This document shows positions 50,100 through 64,000 of a stretch of DNA of 64,000 nt, one piece after another; positions within the stretch are counted from its first letter, which is position 1, and every line of letters begins with the position of its first letter. Made by a program: the position numbers and the translations under genes. A model generated the notes under the pieces. That model was not told where the DNA came from, did no database searches, and saw nothing but the letters and a program-made list of their open reading frames with translations. Source of the DNA: the human T2T-CHM13v2.0 reference genome, Homo sapiens; NCBI RefSeq assembly GCF_009914755.1, contig NC_060943.1; one strand, given 5' to 3'.

Positions 50100-50660
50100 T
50101 GACCTGCTCCTCACCTCCCTGCCTGCCTCCTCCGTGCTGGGCGCCGCCGCGACACGTCCCGCGGACATTCAGGAGTCCCTTCAGTCCCTGCGAGCGCGGA
50201 CCCGGGAGAGAGCTCTCATTCAACGCTGAGGCCACTGGCTCACAGATCTCCCCGGGTCACCCTGCGAAGTGCTTGGTCCCCCCCATTCCCAGCCCTGCAG
50301 CAGCAACAAACGGGAAGGAAGTGGGTGACGAGGACAGGCAGAGACCCCTCCCACGGGGCCGCCCGCATCTCACCTGCCGTCGCGGGGCGGGCGTTGCGGC
50401 CGGTGCCCAGCTGCAGATCCGCAGGCGATCGCACTCCTGGCGGCCCCAGCTTTAAGCAGGCAGCGGCCGATCCGCCCTGCTCGAGGGCTCAGGGCTGACC
50501 CAGGTGAGCCCCGGCGGGGAGGGCGGGCGCCTCGGCCTCCCCGCCCCGGAACCCTGCACCGCCCAGAGCCGCCACGCCTCCCGGCTGTAGGCTCCGCATC
50601 TGTAAAATGGGCCGATGAACCCCAAGGGTCGGCTCAGACCCACGGACTGCAGCTGCAGCT
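50100..50660. promoter_or_regulatory. ACP5: ACP5 distal CpG-island promoter with alternative 5' UTR exon(s)
   Basis: CpG-rich. Minus-strand donors GCAG|GTGAGA at 50373 and GCAG|GTCAGA at 50103, plus CAG|GTAAGC at 49553. Confidence 0.7.
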
Positions 50661-50844
50661 GGGCTAGAAGGGGTGGCCAGGGGAGCCGATTTCATCCTTT
50701 TCCTTCCTCCACGCCAACCAGGAGCCTCCATCTGCCTGGGACCCTTTGGGGGCACCCATGGGCCCACAGCCGCAGAACCACAGCACTGGGTGGGGTTTCA
50801 GCCCTGGGGCCAAGCTCTTGTGAGGTCTGTCATCATCTTCTCCT

Positions 50845-56670
<5,826 letters not shown>

Positions 56671-56704
56671 GAATTTTTTTTCTTAAAGATTAAAAAGGCA
56701 GAGC

Positions 56705-58909
<2,205 letters not shown>

Positions 58910-59024
58910 TGAAAATTACTCTTGCCTGTAATCCCAGCATTTAGGGAGGCTCAGGTGGGAAGATTGCTTGAGCCTAGGAGTTTGAGACCAACCTGGGCAA
59001 TATGGTGAGACTTTGTCTCCAATA

Positions 59025-59236
59025 TAGATAGATGATAGACGGATGGATAGAAGATAGACAGATTAGACAGAGAGAGAGAGAGAAAGGAGAGAGAGAGAGA
59101 GAGAGAAAAGAGGGGAGGGGAGGGGAGGGGAGGGGAGGGGAGGGGAGGGGAGGAGAGGAGAGGAGAGGAGAGGAGAGGAGAGGAGAGGAGAGGAGAGGAG
59201 AGGAGAGAGAAATTAGGCAGAGGAGAGGAGAGAGAA
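59025..59236 (+). repeat. Compound purine-rich repeat: (GATA/GACA), (GA)n, (GGGGA)n, (GGAGA)n
   Basis: Directly visible; follows an Alu monomer. Confidence 0.9.
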
Positions 59237-60129
59237 ATTAGGCAGATGCCTTGGGCAGTGAAGTCCCTGGGGATGGTCTACTGTTCCCGCAGCCTGAGCG
59301 CCTTTTTCAGACGTTTTTATCTGTCCACTGCTGCCCCTGCATGGCCACAGCCTGAACTGCAGCACCGAACGCAGACCCAGTTTCCCTTTTGGAGAAGAAA
59401 TTAATGCTCCTTCCAGCCCCCAACTTGCCACTAGGCCTGTGCAGGGCGTGGACAGATTCTACAGTGGATCCAGCCAGAGACTGCCCCAGAGAAAATTCCA
59501 GGGGTGGGATGAGTGAGGTATGCTGGGACTGGAATGTTTGTAGGATAACATGATGAGCAGCCGGATTCCCAGGAAATTGCAAACCGTGTCTGCTCTGGTG
59601 AGATTCTCAGAGGAGGGGATCTATAGGCAGTTCTGAGTAGGCACTGGGTAAAAGCCTGGAAAGAGGACCCTGGCTTGGATGGGGCTCTGCCTCACTCGCC
59701 ATGAGCTCCTTGGCGCTATCAGTCAGCACAGTTCAGCTGCATGGGTGTGAAGGTGTCCTGGTGACTGGCTACCCCCATGCCTGCCTCAGTGCACGGGAGG
59801 TGGAATTATGGATTTGGTGGGGCTCGCACAGGCTAAGGGACTGATTTTCAGTCTGGAGAATGGGAGGGCAGGATGAGCTGTGGAGGGTCAGGCTGGTGGT
59901 TTGGAGGGTGGCATGATGTAAATGTAGCTGTTCACTGTTGTAGTTTGCTGCCACCAGTTCAGTCTGGCTAGGTTCCAGGTGGGTCAATAATCTCAAATGG
60001 GGCTGGGCTCAGTGGCTCACACCTGTAATCCCAGCACTTCGGGAGGCCGAGGCGGGTGGATCACTTGAGGCCAGGAGTTCGAGACTAGCCTGCCTAACAT
60101 GGTGAAACCTCGTCTATACCAAAATATAA

Positions 60130-60561
<432 letters not shown>

Positions 60562-61268
60562 TAGCCAGGTTGCTCTCGATCTCCTGACCTCTTGATCCGC
60601 CCGCCTCGGCCTCCCAAAGTGCTGGGATTACAGGCGTGAGCCACCGCGCCCGGCCAGGAGTTGGTCTTTATATTACCTAACTCCCACCTCTTTCCTCAAT
60701 GATTTGAACGTTTGATCATTTGAATGTTTGAATGTTTGATCCTCGTGATCAAACATTCCCGTTACTCTCTAGACCCCATCATGCTCCCCCAACCCCTCCC
60801 CACATCCTCTCAGATATCCACCAGCTCTAGCCCCCAGAGTAAAAACATCCATCGTCTCCACCATCAAGTGAAAGCAAATGGTGACTTCCTTGCCTCAGCC
60901 ATTGCTGAGCCAGTTGGATGGCAAGGAGGAAAACCCCACCCAAGCCCCACCTAACCCCTGTCCTCCTTTTCATCCCAGCCGGTGCCCACTGATTCCATGG
61001 TTACCTGACTTATCCACTCCAGCTCCTGGTCCTTCTATCCTGGGTACCGCTGAACTGCTTGGGAGTAGCAGGCTGAGAAGTTCTGGTGCCCCTCCTGCAG
61101 CAAGGCTGTCAGCGGGCACGGGAGGATGCGGGGACCGGCTGGAGTAAGCCATAGCCAGGGCAGGAAGGAGCCCCACACAGATCTCCCTCAGCTGTGAACT
61201 CCACAACGACCCACCTCACAGTCAACAACACCAATGGACACTCGTTCCTCTAATCCCGTTATTACTAG

Positions 61269-61815
<547 letters not shown>

Positions 61816-61926
61816 TGAATACATATGTTTTATTGAGTTCTTTTTTTTTTTTTTTTTTTTTTTTTGAGATAGGGTCTCACTCTGTTGCCCAGGCTAGACT
61901 GCAGTGGCACCATCTGCTCACTGTGA

Positions 61927-63215
<1,289 letters not shown>

Positions 63216-63396
63216 TAATTGAGAACTAGTCTTGCTATGTTGCCCAAGCTTAGATTTGAACTCCTGGGCTCAAGTAATCCTCCTGTTTCAGCCTCCCAAG
63301 TAGCTGAGACTACATGCATGTGCCATTATGCCTGGTTATGGTATAAACATACTCTATTTCCTTTTTTCTTTTCTTTTTTTTTTTTTTTTTTTTTGA

Positions 63397-63501
<105 letters not shown>

Positions 63502-64000
63502 TGAGTAGCTGGGATTACAGGTGTGCGCCATTACGCCTGGCTAATTTTGTATTTTTAGTAGAGACAGGGTTTCTCCATGTTGGTCAGGCTGGTCTCAAAC
63601 TCCCGACCTCAGGCAATCCGCCTACCTCGGCCTCCCAAAGTGCTGGAATTACAGGCGTGAGCCACCACGCCTGGCCCAGATACTCTATTTTTATAGTTTC
63701 CTCTTCTTTTATGTTATTTTTTAAAATTTTTATTTACTTATTTATTTGAGGTAGGATCTCACTCTGTGACCTAATCTGGAGTGCAGTGGCGTGATCACGG
63801 CTTACTGTAGCCTGGACCTTCCGGGCTCAAACAATCCTTCCACCTCAGCCTCCCAAGTAGTTAGGACCATAGGTGCCCACCACCATGACTGGCTAATTTG
63901 TTAATTTTTCCATAGAGATAAGGTCTCACTATGTTGCCCAGGCTGGTCTTGAACTCCTGAGCTCAAGCGATCCTCTTGCCTGGACTCCCAAAGTGCTAGG

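Noticed and set aside
49456-50455. 299-aa (+) and 259-aa (-) ORFs upstream of ACP5
   Set aside because: They run through a TG-rich low-complexity region and a CpG island where stops are rare, and show no recognisable domain.

Overview
Human genomic DNA that is GC-rich and densely packed with Alu elements. Gene content identifies it as the ECSIT-CNN1-ELOF1-ACP5 interval (chr19p13.2, recognised from memory). I rebuilt three complete spliced coding sequences by hand from splice sites, and each closes in frame: CNN1 (+, 7 exons, 297 aa), ELOF1 (-, 3 coding exons, 83 aa) and ACP5/TRAP (-, 4 coding exons, 325 aa). The window also holds a minus-strand non-coding first exon in a CpG island at the left edge (probably ECSIT) and an Alu-interrupted GAPDH processed pseudogene at about 56.7-58.9 kb. 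Nearly all other ORFs in the track are Alu or low-complexity artefacts. I found no evidence of a wholly new biological system. The best second-look items are: a U12-type (minor spliceosome) last intron in ELOF1 whose retention would give an extended C-terminus; a CArG/TATA cluster with its own splice donor in CNN1 intron 1; an orphan CpG island with CArG-like, AP-1, CRE and CTCF motifs 2.7 kb upstream of CNN1; a perfect ER6 nuclear-receptor element and a strong-Kozak upstream ATG at the ECSIT 5' end; and an Alu flanked by an apparent ~130-bp duplication of an L1 stub.
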